NCBI GenBank assembly: GCA_049446715.1
Contig: JBMTQX010000009.1
Location: 3,886-67,885, forward strand
Source of the DNA: Pseudohongiellaceae bacterium
GTDB lineage: Bacteria > Pseudomonadota > Gammaproteobacteria > Pseudomonadales > Pseudohongiellaceae
DNA: 64,000 nucleotides
Reading direction: 5' to 3'
Position numbers and translations under genes: made by a program
Part shown: in pieces, positions 46,680 to 56,567 of the stretch
Numbering within the stretch: position 1 is the stretch's first letter
How the letters are laid out: every line of letters begins with the position of its first letter
The notes under the pieces: generated by a model
The model's input: the letters and a program-made list of their open reading frames with translations, nothing else
Told to the model about the DNA's origin: nothing
Databases searched by the model: none

Positions 46680-47990
46680 TCAGCCAGCAGACGCATCAGC
46701 AACAGGCGGCGCTTCCAGCAACCTGTTGATGATGCCGAGGTTGCGGGCAGTCGCCCCCTGGTTAGCCTGCACCGCCCGGGCAGCAGCATCCCCCATGGCA
46801 TGACGCCGTGCTGGGTCCGCGAGCAGCGCATTGACAGTGGTGGCAAGTTCATCAACATCCGCCACAATTTGTTGCCCGCCAGCGGCCACCAACCCGTCAC
46901 TGACAGCCTGGAAATTGAACCGGGAAGGTCCGGTAATCACGGGCAGCCCCATGGCGGCCGGTTCAATGATGTTCTGGCATCCGGTGTTCACCAGCGACCC
47001 GCCGACAAATGCCAAGTCCGAGAGTCCCAAGTAGTAATGCATTTCCCCCATCGAATCACCAATGAAGACATGATCGTCTGCCAGGGGCAGCGAATCGCGA
47101 CTGCGGCGGGCAACCCGGAAGCCGGCTTTTCCTGCCAGCGCAGCCACACTGTCAAAACGCTCGGGATGGCGCGGCACAAGGATCAGTAAGGTTTGCGGAT
47201 TGGCGGCAAGGACCTGGCGAAATGCCGCCAGGACCTTTTCATCTTCGCTGTCGCCATCCAGCACACGCGTGCTGGCGGCAATCATGACCGGACGCCCGGC
47301 CAAACCCTGTTTGTCTGTTCGCGCCTGTGCCAACTGGTCCCGGTGCAATGGCATGTCGTACTTCATGCTGCCGGCCACCTCGATCTTGTTTGGGCTGGCG
47401 CCGAGAGCTTGCAGACGATGGCTGTCCTCATCCGACTGGGCCGTGATGGCATCGAACTGCTCCAGCATGGTTCGGGCCAGGCCCTTGATGGCGCCATAGT
47501 TCTTTTGTGATTTTTCCGACAGCCGGGCATTGGCCAGCAGCAGCCTGATGTTTCTGCGCTGGCAACTGTGTATGAGGTTTGGCCACCACTCTGTTTCCAT
47601 GATCACCACCAGGCGCGGTGCAAAGCGGTCGAGAAAACGGTTGATAGGACCGGGCATGTCATAGGGCAGGTAAACGTGCTGCACACTGTCGGCCAGCAGC
47701 GCAGTGACGCGGGCCGACCCAGTCGGCGTGGTGGTCGTCACGAGAATTTTTAATGCCGGATGATGTGCCTGCAACTGCCTGATCAGGGGTACGGTCGCAT
47801 GCACCTCCCCGACCGATACGGCATGGAACATGATGTCGACCGGCTGCTCAACGGCCGGGTTGTCATACAGCGCAAAGCGTTCACGCCAACGCTGGCGATA
47901 ATCCGGTGCGCGCCGCGAACGCCACCACAACCTGCCCAGTAAAGCAGGCGTGGCGAGATAAAAAAGAGTGGAGTAGAAAAAACGGTTCAC
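46680..47990 (-). CDS. waaA: 3-deoxy-D-manno-octulosonic acid (Kdo) transferase
   Basis: MNRFFYSTLFYLATPALLGRLWWRSRRAPDYRQRWRERF...HAVSVGE, typical WaaA N-terminus; 436 aa. Confidence 0.9.
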   Translation of the reverse strand: MNRFFYSTLFYLATPALLGRLWWRSRRAPDYRQRWRERFALYDNPAVEQPVDIMFHAVSVGEVHATVPLIRQLQAHHPALKILVTTTTPTGSARVTALLADSVQHVYLPYDMPGPINRFLDRFAPRLVVIMETEWWPNLIHSCQRRNIRLLLANARLSEKSQKNYGAIKGLARTMLEQFDAITAQSDEDSHRLQALGASPNKIEVAGSMKYDMPLHRDQLAQARTDKQGLAGRPVMIAASTRVLDGDSEDEKVLAAFRQVLAANPQTLLILVPRHPERFDSVAALAGKAGFRVARRSRDSLPLADDHVFIGDSMGEMHYYLGLSDLAFVGGSLVNTGCQNIIEPAAMGLPVITGPSRFNFQAVSDGLVAAGGQQIVADVDELATTVNALLADPARRHAMGDAAARAVQANQGATARNLGIINRLLEAPPVADASAG

Positions 47991-48074
47991 GCAGGCTGGC
48001 GTCGGATCAATGCCGGTAGAATTCAGGTTAATCGTTTATACTGTCACGCTTTCCCGTTGCGCACAAACTCCCCT

Positions 48075-49268
48075 ATGGCACATACCCGGACCCTGAAAAC
48101 AGATGCCCTGATATTCGGTGGCGGTGTAGCCGGTCTCTGGATACTGAACCGCCTGCGCCAGGCCGGCTATAACGCCTGGCTGTTTGAACAGGATCGGCTC
48201 GGCACCGGCCAAACCATCGCCAGTCAGGGCATTATCCACAGTGGTCTGAAATACGTGCATGACGGCTCACTCAACAAAGCGGCCGTCGCCATCGCCGACA
48301 TGCCACAGCGCTGGCGTGATTGTCTCGCCGGTACTGGCGAGATCGATTTGTCGGAAACGCGGGTGTTATCGGAACACTACTATATGCTGCCGCGGGCTTC
48401 CTGGCGCGCGCGCCTGCTGTCCTTTCTGGGTAGCAAGGCCCTGGCATCACGGACCGAGAGTGTAAAGGCTCAGGATTACCCACCCCTGTTTGCCGGGCAG
48501 ACGCGCAGCCCGCTGTACCGGCTCGATGATTTCGTGGTCGATGTCCCTTCCCTGCTCCAGACCCTCAGTGACCGGCAGGCCAGTGCGGTATTCAGCATCA
48601 ACTGGGACCAGGCGCGACTTACGTGCACCGACAAGGGCGATGTGGATGCGCTGGTCCTGGCTGACGACACACGTATCGAAGCCTCCCGATATATCTTTTG
48701 CTGTGGCAGCGGCAACGCAGCACTGCTCAGCCAGTTTGGCATTACCGCGCCCGCCATGCAGAAGCGGCCTTTGCAACAGGTGATGGTCCGGCACACTATT
48801 GACACGCCGGCTTTTGTGCATTGTGTTTCCAGCAGCATCGACCTGACACCGGAGCTGACCATCACGACTCACCGCAACAGCGCTGGACAACCGTTGTGGT
48901 ACCTCGGTGGTCGCCTGGCCGAAAACGGTGTCGGCAAAAGCACTGACGTCCTGATCGGGGAAGCCCGCGCGGCACTGGAAACCCTGCTGCCCTGGTGTGA
49001 CTTTTCCGCCGCAGCCTGGGGTACGCTGTCTGTTGACCGGGCCGAACTGCAGCAGCCCGATGGCCGCCGCCCCGAACATGGCAGCCTGTCGAATCATGGC
49101 AACGTCGCCGTATGCTGGCCCACCAAGCTGACCCTGTCACCGGCCCTGGCTGATGCTGTACTCGCTCATTTTGATACGGCCGGGATAAAGCCCCTGCCGG
49201 ATAATGCCGTGCCCCCTGCGGGTCTGACCCGCCCCGCTGTTGCCGCCACCCCGTGGGAGTCGTTGTAG
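48075..49268 (+). CDS. FAD-dependent oxidoreductase (DAO/glycerol-3-phosphate oxidase-like)
   Basis: Rossmann dinucleotide motif DALIFGGGVAGLW...FEQ; GQTIASQGIIHSGLKY. Confidence 0.7.
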   Translation: MAHTRTLKTDALIFGGGVAGLWILNRLRQAGYNAWLFEQDRLGTGQTIASQGIIHSGLKYVHDGSLNKAAVAIADMPQRWRDCLAGTGEIDLSETRVLSEHYYMLPRASWRARLLSFLGSKALASRTESVKAQDYPPLFAGQTRSPLYRLDDFVVDVPSLLQTLSDRQASAVFSINWDQARLTCTDKGDVDALVLADDTRIEASRYIFCCGSGNAALLSQFGITAPAMQKRPLQQVMVRHTIDTPAFVHCVSSSIDLTPELTITTHRNSAGQPLWYLGGRLAENGVGKSTDVLIGEARAALETLLPWCDFSAAAWGTLSVDRAELQQPDGRRPEHGSLSNHGNVAVCWPTKLTLSPALADAVLAHFDTAGIKPLPDNAVPPAGLTRPAVAATPWESL

Positions 49269-49270
49269 CC

Positions 49271-50053
49271 ATGGCCTTCATGCGACATCTTGCCGGGACG
49301 AATATCTCCGTCTCAGCCCTTGGTCTGGGTACCGTCAAGATCGGCCGTGACCAGGGCGTGAAGTATCCGACCGGTTTCACCATTCCTGATGATGCCGCCG
49401 TCAGAAACCTGCTGGCCACAGCGCATGACCTGGGCATCAACCTGCTGGATACCGCGCCGGCCTACGGCAGCAGCGAAACACGCCTCGGCCAGTTGCTGGG
49501 CAAGCGCCAGGACTGGGTTATCGTCACCAAGACAGGTGAAGAGTTTGCCAACGGCGAATCACACTTTGATTTTTCCGCGGCCCACACACGCATGAGCATT
49601 GAACGCAGCCTGAAGCGGCTGAACACGGATTACCTCGACATGGTGCTGATTCATTCCAACGGAGATGACGAGGGCATCCTCAACCAGACCGATTGCGTGG
49701 CAACACTGCGCCAGTGCCAGCAGGAAGGCCTGGTGAGGGTGATTGGCATGTCAACCAAGACAGAAGCGGGTGGTGTGCTGGCGGCCTCACTGCTCGATGT
49801 CGTGATGATCACCTACAACCTGGAGCAACGTGACCAGGCTGTGCTCGACTGTGCGCAGGAAAAGGCGAAGGGGGTTCTGGTCAAGAAAGGGTTGATGAGC
49901 GGCCATGCCGGTTCCATCCCCGACAGCATGGCCTTGCTGATGCAAACGCCGGGCATCACTTCGGCGATCGTTGGTACCATCACACCGGCACACCTGGCAG
50001 AAAATGTGACGCTGGCCAGAAAACTGGCCGAGGCAGAGTTACCGGAAAAATAA
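49271..50053 (+). CDS. Aldo/keto reductase family oxidoreductase
   Basis: ISVSALGLGTVKIGR...NLLDTAPAYGSSE...LDMVLIH, typical AKR motifs. Confidence 0.8.
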   Translation: MAFMRHLAGTNISVSALGLGTVKIGRDQGVKYPTGFTIPDDAAVRNLLATAHDLGINLLDTAPAYGSSETRLGQLLGKRQDWVIVTKTGEEFANGESHFDFSAAHTRMSIERSLKRLNTDYLDMVLIHSNGDDEGILNQTDCVATLRQCQQEGLVRVIGMSTKTEAGGVLAASLLDVVMITYNLEQRDQAVLDCAQEKAKGVLVKKGLMSGHAGSIPDSMALLMQTPGITSAIVGTITPAHLAENVTLARKLAEAELPEK

Positions 50054-50054
50054 T

Positions 50055-51488
50055 TCAGGCTTTCCTGTCGTCGCGTATTTTCTCCACGATAGCCGACGTG
50101 GAACAGTTGTCCAAAAACGACAGCACTTTCACTTCACCGCCGTAGCTGTGCACGATATCGGCGCCAACAACACCTTCGATACCGTAATCCCCGCCCTTGA
50201 TCAGGCAGTCCGGTCGAATGACTTCCAGCAAGGCCTCCGGTGTGTCTTCGGCAAAGGACACGACCCAGTCCACCGACTCGAGACCTGACACCACGGCCAT
50301 GCGCCGGTCGATGGGATTGATTGGCCGGCCATTGCCTTTCAGGCGCCTGACAGAATCATCATCATTGATAGCCACGATAAGACGGTCACCCTGCTTGCGG
50401 GCTTCCGCGAGATAACCGACATGGCCGGCATGAATGATGTCGAAACAACCGTTGGTAAACACCACCTTCTCACCATGGGCGCGGGCATCGGCCACGGCCA
50501 GGGCGAGCTGGTCGCGGGTCATGACGCCGCGATCAGCGCCACCGTCGCGCTGCACTTCACGGCGCAGTTCCGGGCCACTGACCGCAACAGTCCCCACACG
50601 GGAAACGGCGAGTCCTGCAGCGATGTTGGACAACGCCACGGCATCGGGCAGCGCGGCACCGGCAGCAAGGGCGGCGCCGAGCACCGAAATCACGGTGTCG
50701 CCGGCACCGGTAACGTCATAGACATCACGGGCGCGGGCCGGAATATGCAGCTCGGGTTCATCGGCACGAATCAGGCTCATGCCATGTTCGCCGCGGGTCA
50801 CCAGCAGCGCTTCCAGCTCGAGAGCCGCCATGAGTTCACGGCCTTTATGGACGATCTCTTCTTCACTGTGACACGGGCCGACAACCGCTTCAAATTCACC
50901 CAGGTTGGGCGTCATCAGGGTGGCACCACGGTACCGGGTAAAATCATGGCCCTTGGGATCCACCAGCACTTTCACACCGGCATGACGTGCGGCGCTGATC
51001 AGCGCGCTGACACCGGCCAGCGCGCCCTTGGCGTAGTCGGAGACAATGAGGATGTCGGTGTTGCCGAGCAGGCTTTCGACGCGGTTGTTGACCGCGGTCG
51101 CCGAATCGGGCGAAAACGGTTCCTCGAAGTCGAGGCGGATGAGTTGCTGGTGGCGGCTGACGACACGCAACTTGGTGATCGTGGGTTTGTCCGGCACCTG
51201 TTCGAAATGACACAACACCCCGGCCGCTGTCAGGCGTGTGGCCAGTTCCAGGCCGGCTTCATCATTGCCAACAAGTCCCACCAATGTGGCCGCCGCTCCC
51301 AGCGCAGCGATGTTGAGCGCGACGTTACCGGCACCGCCCGGGCTGTCTTCCCGGCCACTGACACGGACTACGGGTACCGGTGCTTCAGGGGAAATGCGCG
51401 ATGTCGCTCCCTGCCAGTACCGGTCGAGCATTACGTCACCCACGACAAGAACACGGGCTGTATCAAATTTGGGAAATTCGGCATTCAT
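50055..51488 (-). CDS. hldE: Bifunctional D-beta-D-heptose 7-phosphate kinase / heptose 1-phosphate adenylyltransferase
   Basis: Ribokinase-like N-domain (VTGAGDT) and cytidylyltransferase C-domain (FTNGCFDIIHAGHVGYL). Confidence 0.95.
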   Translation of the reverse strand: MNAEFPKFDTARVLVVGDVMLDRYWQGATSRISPEAPVPVVRVSGREDSPGGAGNVALNIAALGAAATLVGLVGNDEAGLELATRLTAAGVLCHFEQVPDKPTITKLRVVSRHQQLIRLDFEEPFSPDSATAVNNRVESLLGNTDILIVSDYAKGALAGVSALISAARHAGVKVLVDPKGHDFTRYRGATLMTPNLGEFEAVVGPCHSEEEIVHKGRELMAALELEALLVTRGEHGMSLIRADEPELHIPARARDVYDVTGAGDTVISVLGAALAAGAALPDAVALSNIAAGLAVSRVGTVAVSGPELRREVQRDGGADRGVMTRDQLALAVADARAHGEKVVFTNGCFDIIHAGHVGYLAEARKQGDRLIVAINDDDSVRRLKGNGRPINPIDRRMAVVSGLESVDWVVSFAEDTPEALLEVIRPDCLIKGGDYGIEGVVGADIVHSYGGEVKVLSFLDNCSTSAIVEKIRDDRKA

Positions 51489-51615
51489 GACGTCGGTTTC
51501 TGTACTGATTCGGCTGGTTTTCAGCGCCCCTGGCAGAAAGTGGCGGCTATCATACCATAGCCAATCCGGCTTGCTGATTCTGATACAATGCGGCAGAAAT
51601 CCGATTCAGAAGTGT

Positions 51616-53142
51616 ATGCAAAAACCGCCGTCCCTCAGCTCCTTTACGCATATCAGGTACTGGCCGACTTGGGCGGGCATCGCTGTCCTTTCACTTATTG
51701 CCTGGCTGCCTTTCATTGCCCGTTATCGAGCCGGTCAGTGTCTCGGCATGCTGACCTACTGGCTCGCGCGGGAACGTCGCTACATCACCGCCATCAACAT
51801 AGCGCTCTGTTTTCCCGAGCTCGACGCCCAGGCCCAGCAAGACCTGGTAAGAAAAACGTTCCAGGAAAACGGTATCGGCCTGATCGAAACTGTCACCGGC
51901 TGGGTCAGAAAATCGGGAGCGTTCAAAGACCAGACCACGTTGATCGGCCTCGAGGCACTGGAAGCGGCGCAGGCGAAGGGACGCGGCATCCTGCTCATCG
52001 GCGCGCATTACTCGACCCTGGATTTTGGCGCCAACCTGCTGTCGCTGTTTCATCCCATTGCCGTCACCTACCGCCCCCATCGCAACCCGCTCTTCAATGC
52101 CTTCATGCTGCGTGGTCGGCTGTCCAACTGCGACGGCGTGTTTGATCGCAACGATATTCGTGGCGCCTTTCGCCATCTCAAACAGGGCAAGACCCTGTGG
52201 TATGCCCCCGACCAGGATTACGGTCCTCAACATGCCGTCTTCGCGCCTTTCTTCGGCAAACCCGCGGCCACCATTACTGCCGGCAGTCGCTTTGCCGCGT
52301 TCAATCATTCACCGGTATTCCTTATCCGCCAGCATCGACGTGGCGCCGCGGCGCAATACGAAATTGAATTCGTGCCGTTTCCCGATGATTTTCCCGGCGC
52401 AGATGATTTGCAGGACGCCACGCTGGCCAATCGCATGATCGAAACGGCCATCCGCCAATATCCGGCCCAGTACCTGTGGATGCACAAACGCTTCAAGACA
52501 CAACCGGGCGGCAAACCCGACAGTCCCTACACCGACATCGCCACCCCGAACCATCGCCTGACCACCAAGCAGTTTCACCAGGTGGTTGAAGGCGCCACCC
52601 AGCTGTCAGAACTGGACGACATCAAGGACTATCGCCTGCCCTCGGGACTCTGGTTGCGCGAATACCCGGGCCTGGTCAGCAGGCGCCGTTTCAGTGGTCA
52701 TGCGGCCAAGCAGTTTGACCGGCACGCCAAACAGCTGCACATGGCCGGTTTCATGACCATCACCATGGACAACTTTTTCCGGGTGCCGGAAAAGGACGTG
52801 ACACTGGCCACCTATTTCATGCCGGCAGGACGCCTGTTGAGCCAGATACCGTCCAGACAACTGCCGCTTGCCGATCTCGCCGGCCTCATGGCGCGACTGC
52901 ATACTGCCGGATTCCACTGCAAAACCCCGGTGCTGGACATGTTCATGGAGAGTGAAGGTCATCTCGGCATTGCCGACCCGACCGACTTTTTCAAGCTGCG
53001 CCATGTGCCCACGCTGAAACAGCGCCGCGAGAGCCTGATCCGGCTGTCCAAAAACCTGGGGCTGGCCGGCGCTGAACGCAACAAGCTCTTTGTCAGCTAT
53101 GCCGAACAGGCCGGACTGAAACTGTCCGGCCTGGAAGCCTGA
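51616..53142 (+). CDS. lpxL: Lipid A secondary (lauroyl/myristoyl) acyltransferase fused to a ~200-aa C-terminal domain with weak LPS-kinase-like features
   Basis: ATG 51616; LpxL/HtrB core with HX4D (HYSTLD) and ...QYLWMHKRFKT; extra C-terminus (from ~52531) contains LMARLHTAGFHCKTPVLDMF...LGIADPTDF. Confidence 0.7.
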   Translation: MQKPPSLSSFTHIRYWPTWAGIAVLSLIAWLPFIARYRAGQCLGMLTYWLARERRYITAINIALCFPELDAQAQQDLVRKTFQENGIGLIETVTGWVRKSGAFKDQTTLIGLEALEAAQAKGRGILLIGAHYSTLDFGANLLSLFHPIAVTYRPHRNPLFNAFMLRGRLSNCDGVFDRNDIRGAFRHLKQGKTLWYAPDQDYGPQHAVFAPFFGKPAATITAGSRFAAFNHSPVFLIRQHRRGAAAQYEIEFVPFPDDFPGADDLQDATLANRMIETAIRQYPAQYLWMHKRFKTQPGGKPDSPYTDIATPNHRLTTKQFHQVVEGATQLSELDDIKDYRLPSGLWLREYPGLVSRRRFSGHAAKQFDRHAKQLHMAGFMTITMDNFFRVPEKDVTLATYFMPAGRLLSQIPSRQLPLADLAGLMARLHTAGFHCKTPVLDMFMESEGHLGIADPTDFFKLRHVPTLKQRRESLIRLSKNLGLAGAERNKLFVSYAEQAGLKLSGLEA

Positions 53143-53146
53143 GGTC

Positions 53147-54658
53147 ATGACCGCCCTGCCCCCTTTTCTGCAGCGTATCGATTTACGTTGGGGTGCCGTG
53201 CTGCTCAGCTGCCTGTTTTCGCTGCTTGTCATTACCCTCAACCCGATCCCCAACGATGACGCCTTCGGCTACCTGCGCGCTGCTGAACTGTTTGTCAGTG
53301 ACGGCCTGCAGGCCACCCTGACCTCCTATGGCTGGTATGGCTATTCCGTGCTGATCGGCCTTGTGGATGCCGTGTTGCCCGGCGACCTCATGACCAGCGC
53401 CCATGTGCTCAACATCCTGGCCTTTGCAGTTCTGGTCTATGCCTTCATCACCCTGGTGATGTCATACCAGCACTCACCGCCGGTGACCTTTTTCGCCGTT
53501 GTCGTGATTCTGTGTTTTCCCACGCTCAATGAAATGCGTTTCAACCTGATTCGCGATTTCGGCTACTGGGGCCTATGCTTGAGCGCCCTGGTGCAGTTAA
53601 TCCGTTATTGCCGGACGAGTCATTCCCGTCATGCCGTGGGCTGGGTGCTGGCCATGACGGCGGCGATCGTGTTTCGCCTGGAAGGTTTACTGATCATGCT
53701 GGTATCGCCCGTTGCCCTGCTGCTGCAGCGTGAGGTGGCGCTCAACGAGCGGCTTGTCCGTGCCGGTACGCTGTATGTGCTGGCAGCCGCGGGCGGCATT
53801 GTCCTGCTACTGCTGTTTCTGCCCGCCGATATCAGCCTGATTGATGTTTTCCGCTTTGCCTACCGCTGGTACTTGCCGCTGTTGAGCAATTACCCGGAAA
53901 CCCTAACCAATGCTGCCGCCGGTACTCCGCTGGCACTGGACGTGACCACCGACCTCGACGGCTTTACCGGCAAGGGTTTTTTTATCCTGGGCCTGGGATT
54001 TGTCTATGCAACCGTGCTGAACCTGGTGATGTCGCTGGGGCCTGTCGTGAGCCTGCTGCTGGCTGTCGGCTTCCTCACCCGCAAGCTTTCCCTGCCCGAT
54101 CACGCACGCTGGCCATGGTGGTTTTTCCTGGGCAGTGCACTGCTGGCCCTATTGCTGTTTGTCTCGATCCTGCAGTTTCTGACCACGCGTTACGCCATGA
54201 TGGCAGCCCTGCTGTTGTTGTCGCTGCTGCCGCTGTATCTGGACTCCCTGTACCGGCAGGCACAGGACAGCGGCCATGCGAAACGCTTTCAGCGACTCTT
54301 TGCCGCCTGTGCGACCTACTTCCTGCTCGACAGCCTGGTCAGCTTCGGGTATTCGAAAGACTATATCGAGGAGGGTATCGACTGGACGCGTAGCAATATA
54401 GCCGCCGATGAACGCCTGACCACCAACAGTCCGGCGATTGCCTATTACAGCGGGCTGGTGCCGGAATATGACCAGGTGGACACCGATGTGATGCGGGTGC
54501 TCGACAATATCACGCGGGAGGGTTTCCTGGTGCTGGACCTGGCCAGCAGGGAAGTGGCGGCCATTGAAACCATTGCCAGCCGCAACAGGATCACCGAACT
54601 GGCCCGCTTTGCCAACAATCGCAACGACGCGGTCATCGTGTACCGGCTGTCACCCTGA
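53147..54658 (+). CDS. Large polytopic membrane protein, GT-C (ArnT/PMT-like) glycosyltransferase candidate
   Basis: 503 aa, >10 hydrophobic segments; acidic first-loop motif PIPNDDAFGYLRAAE; located in the LPS cluster. Confidence 0.5.
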   Translation: MTALPPFLQRIDLRWGAVLLSCLFSLLVITLNPIPNDDAFGYLRAAELFVSDGLQATLTSYGWYGYSVLIGLVDAVLPGDLMTSAHVLNILAFAVLVYAFITLVMSYQHSPPVTFFAVVVILCFPTLNEMRFNLIRDFGYWGLCLSALVQLIRYCRTSHSRHAVGWVLAMTAAIVFRLEGLLIMLVSPVALLLQREVALNERLVRAGTLYVLAAAGGIVLLLLFLPADISLIDVFRFAYRWYLPLLSNYPETLTNAAAGTPLALDVTTDLDGFTGKGFFILGLGFVYATVLNLVMSLGPVVSLLLAVGFLTRKLSLPDHARWPWWFFLGSALLALLLFVSILQFLTTRYAMMAALLLLSLLPLYLDSLYRQAQDSGHAKRFQRLFAACATYFLLDSLVSFGYSKDYIEEGIDWTRSNIAADERLTTNSPAIAYYSGLVPEYDQVDTDVMRVLDNITREGFLVLDLASREVAAIETIASRNRITELARFANNRNDAVIVYRLSP

Positions 54659-54664
54659 CACTTT

Positions 54665-55444
54665 TCAGCCGTGGCGCTGGAACAGGCGGTCGGCCCGGTC
54701 TCTCACAGCACGCCAGAAATCCGCTTTTTCAGTGAACGTCTGTCGCAAGGATGTGCCCGAATAACGACGCACAAAGCGAAACAGATCGTTGCGCGTCAGG
54801 CCGATCTTCATGGCGGAGAAATACAAGCTGCCGACATCCTTGATTACCCAACGCTGATCCAGGCTGGCTTTGATCAGCGCACGATGCAGATCAATCAGGG
54901 TCAGCGCAGGCGGGTCCGCCGAGAGCAGCATAAAATGGCACAGGTAGAAATCACGGTGACAGATGCCATGGCGGTGCAGGGTGCGACTGATATCGGCCAC
55001 GTTTTCCAACAGCGCCTGTTTGTGCCGGAACGCCGGCGGCTCTGTTGGCCAGCCCCGTGTCAGGTCCTCGAGGTTGCGCTGCGTGCCTACATCCTCCGTG
55101 ACAATGAAGGACTCCTGCGCGTGCGGCCATGCTCCGCGGCAACCGTAACCGGCAATGACGGGGACGGATACACCCAGTTCATTCAGAGCCTGAATGGCGC
55201 GCCATTCGTTGCGGGCGCTGGTCACGGGCAGACGCCCGCGGATCAGGTTTTTCAGGATTTCCCCAACCGGGGTACCGCGGTGATACTTGATGAAGAACCG
55301 CCTGTCCTGGATCAGCACCGCATAGGTGCGGCGGCTTTCCAGGGCACGAAACACCTCCCCGTCCAGCGTGGCAAAGGTGGCAAAGGGATCGCGTTCTCCC
55401 AGGAAAGCGGCGATGTCCTCACGCAGGTACAGGTCAGTGGCCAT
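54665..55444 (-). CDS. waaP: Lipopolysaccharide core heptose kinase (WaaP/RfaP family)
   Basis: ATG 55444 (MATDLYLRED); catalytic region LHRHGICHRDFYLCHFML; follows waaG with an 11-nt overlap. Confidence 0.8.
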   Translation of the reverse strand: MATDLYLREDIAAFLGERDPFATFATLDGEVFRALESRRTYAVLIQDRRFFIKYHRGTPVGEILKNLIRGRLPVTSARNEWRAIQALNELGVSVPVIAGYGCRGAWPHAQESFIVTEDVGTQRNLEDLTRGWPTEPPAFRHKQALLENVADISRTLHRHGICHRDFYLCHFMLLSADPPALTLIDLHRALIKASLDQRWVIKDVGSLYFSAMKIGLTRNDLFRFVRRYSGTSLRQTFTEKADFWRAVRDRADRLFQRHG

Positions 55445-56567
55445 GAGCTTTAGCCCCGTGACCGGCCAGGATGATCTGTGCCACATGATCCGGCATGGCA
55501 TAAAAATCGCCCTGGCGTCCGTAGGCAATGCCATGCTCGCGCCAGGCTGATTTATCGGCGGCCAGTATGCTCGCCAGCGCATCATTCATGCTCTGTTGCG
55601 TGAAGGGTTCCGGCAACACCACGCCCGCCTGTGCCTGCTCGACGTGAAAAGCATAGCCACAGGTTGCCGTTGTGAGCACCGGTAAACCAGCCACGATCGA
55701 CTCCAGCAACACCATGCCGGCACTTTCCTTTTGTGAAGGCTGCAGCAGCAGGTCAGCGCCCTGGTAAAAACGCGGCAGGTCGTCCCGGCCTGCCAGAATA
55801 TGCAACTGTGCTGCCATCCCCAGACGGGCAGCTTCAGTGGCATAACGATAACGCGGGTCCGAGCCGAGCAGGAAAAACTGCACCCGCGAGCGCAGTGCTT
55901 CGGGTAACGCGGCGATAGCGGCCAGGGAACGGTCCACGCCCTTGACCGGATAGCCTGTGCCAACCTGTAACACCACCAGGTCCGATTCAGACAGACCGAA
56001 CTCGCGGCGCCAATGTTGACGCACCGTGTCAGCATCCGCGGGCGCCATGCGATCACGGGCAATGCCCGGGGGCACATCGAGCAGGCGCACTTCACACTGC
56101 GGATAGCAGGCCAGGTATTCGGCTTTTTGCATGGGCGAGAGCATGAACACCCGGGTCTTGCTGCCGGGACCGAAGACAGCCTGTTCAAAGGCCAGGTACT
56201 GTCGGCTGCGCGGCGCCCAGCGATAGAACAGGTGGCGTTCGCGGGCGGCCTTCCAGGCAAAGCAGGTGTCGGCAGCAAAGTAATAATCCAGGCCCGGCAG
56301 GCGGTTGAAACCGACCACGACATCATAGGCGTTGGCATCGCGCTGCTGCGCGACAAAGCGGGCAAAGGCCTTTCTTGCCGTCACCTTGCTGCTGTTCATG
56401 GCGGGTGCCTCGATGCAATGCAATGCTGGCGGCACCTCACCATCCCGGGACATGCACAGCACATCCACGTCTGCGCCCCTGTCGGACAGGCTTTCACCGA
56501 TGCGGCGGCAGTCGCGCTGCAGGCCACCGTGGGCAAACCAGTCAAACAGGACCAGGGCAACTTTCAT
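55434..56567 (-). CDS. waaG: LPS core glycosyltransferase, GT4 family (WaaG-like glucosyltransferase I)
   Basis: ATG 56567: MKVALVLFDWFAHGGLQRDC resembles the RfaG N-terminus; C-terminal EX7E-type region QKESAGMVLLESIVAGLPV. Confidence 0.8.
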   Translation of the reverse strand: MKVALVLFDWFAHGGLQRDCRRIGESLSDRGADVDVLCMSRDGEVPPALHCIEAPAMNSSKVTARKAFARFVAQQRDANAYDVVVGFNRLPGLDYYFAADTCFAWKAARERHLFYRWAPRSRQYLAFEQAVFGPGSKTRVFMLSPMQKAEYLACYPQCEVRLLDVPPGIARDRMAPADADTVRQHWRREFGLSESDLVVLQVGTGYPVKGVDRSLAAIAALPEALRSRVQFFLLGSDPRYRYATEAARLGMAAQLHILAGRDDLPRFYQGADLLLQPSQKESAGMVLLESIVAGLPVLTTATCGYAFHVEQAQAGVVLPEPFTQQSMNDALASILAADKSAWREHGIAYGRQGDFYAMPDHVAQIILAGHGAKAHGH

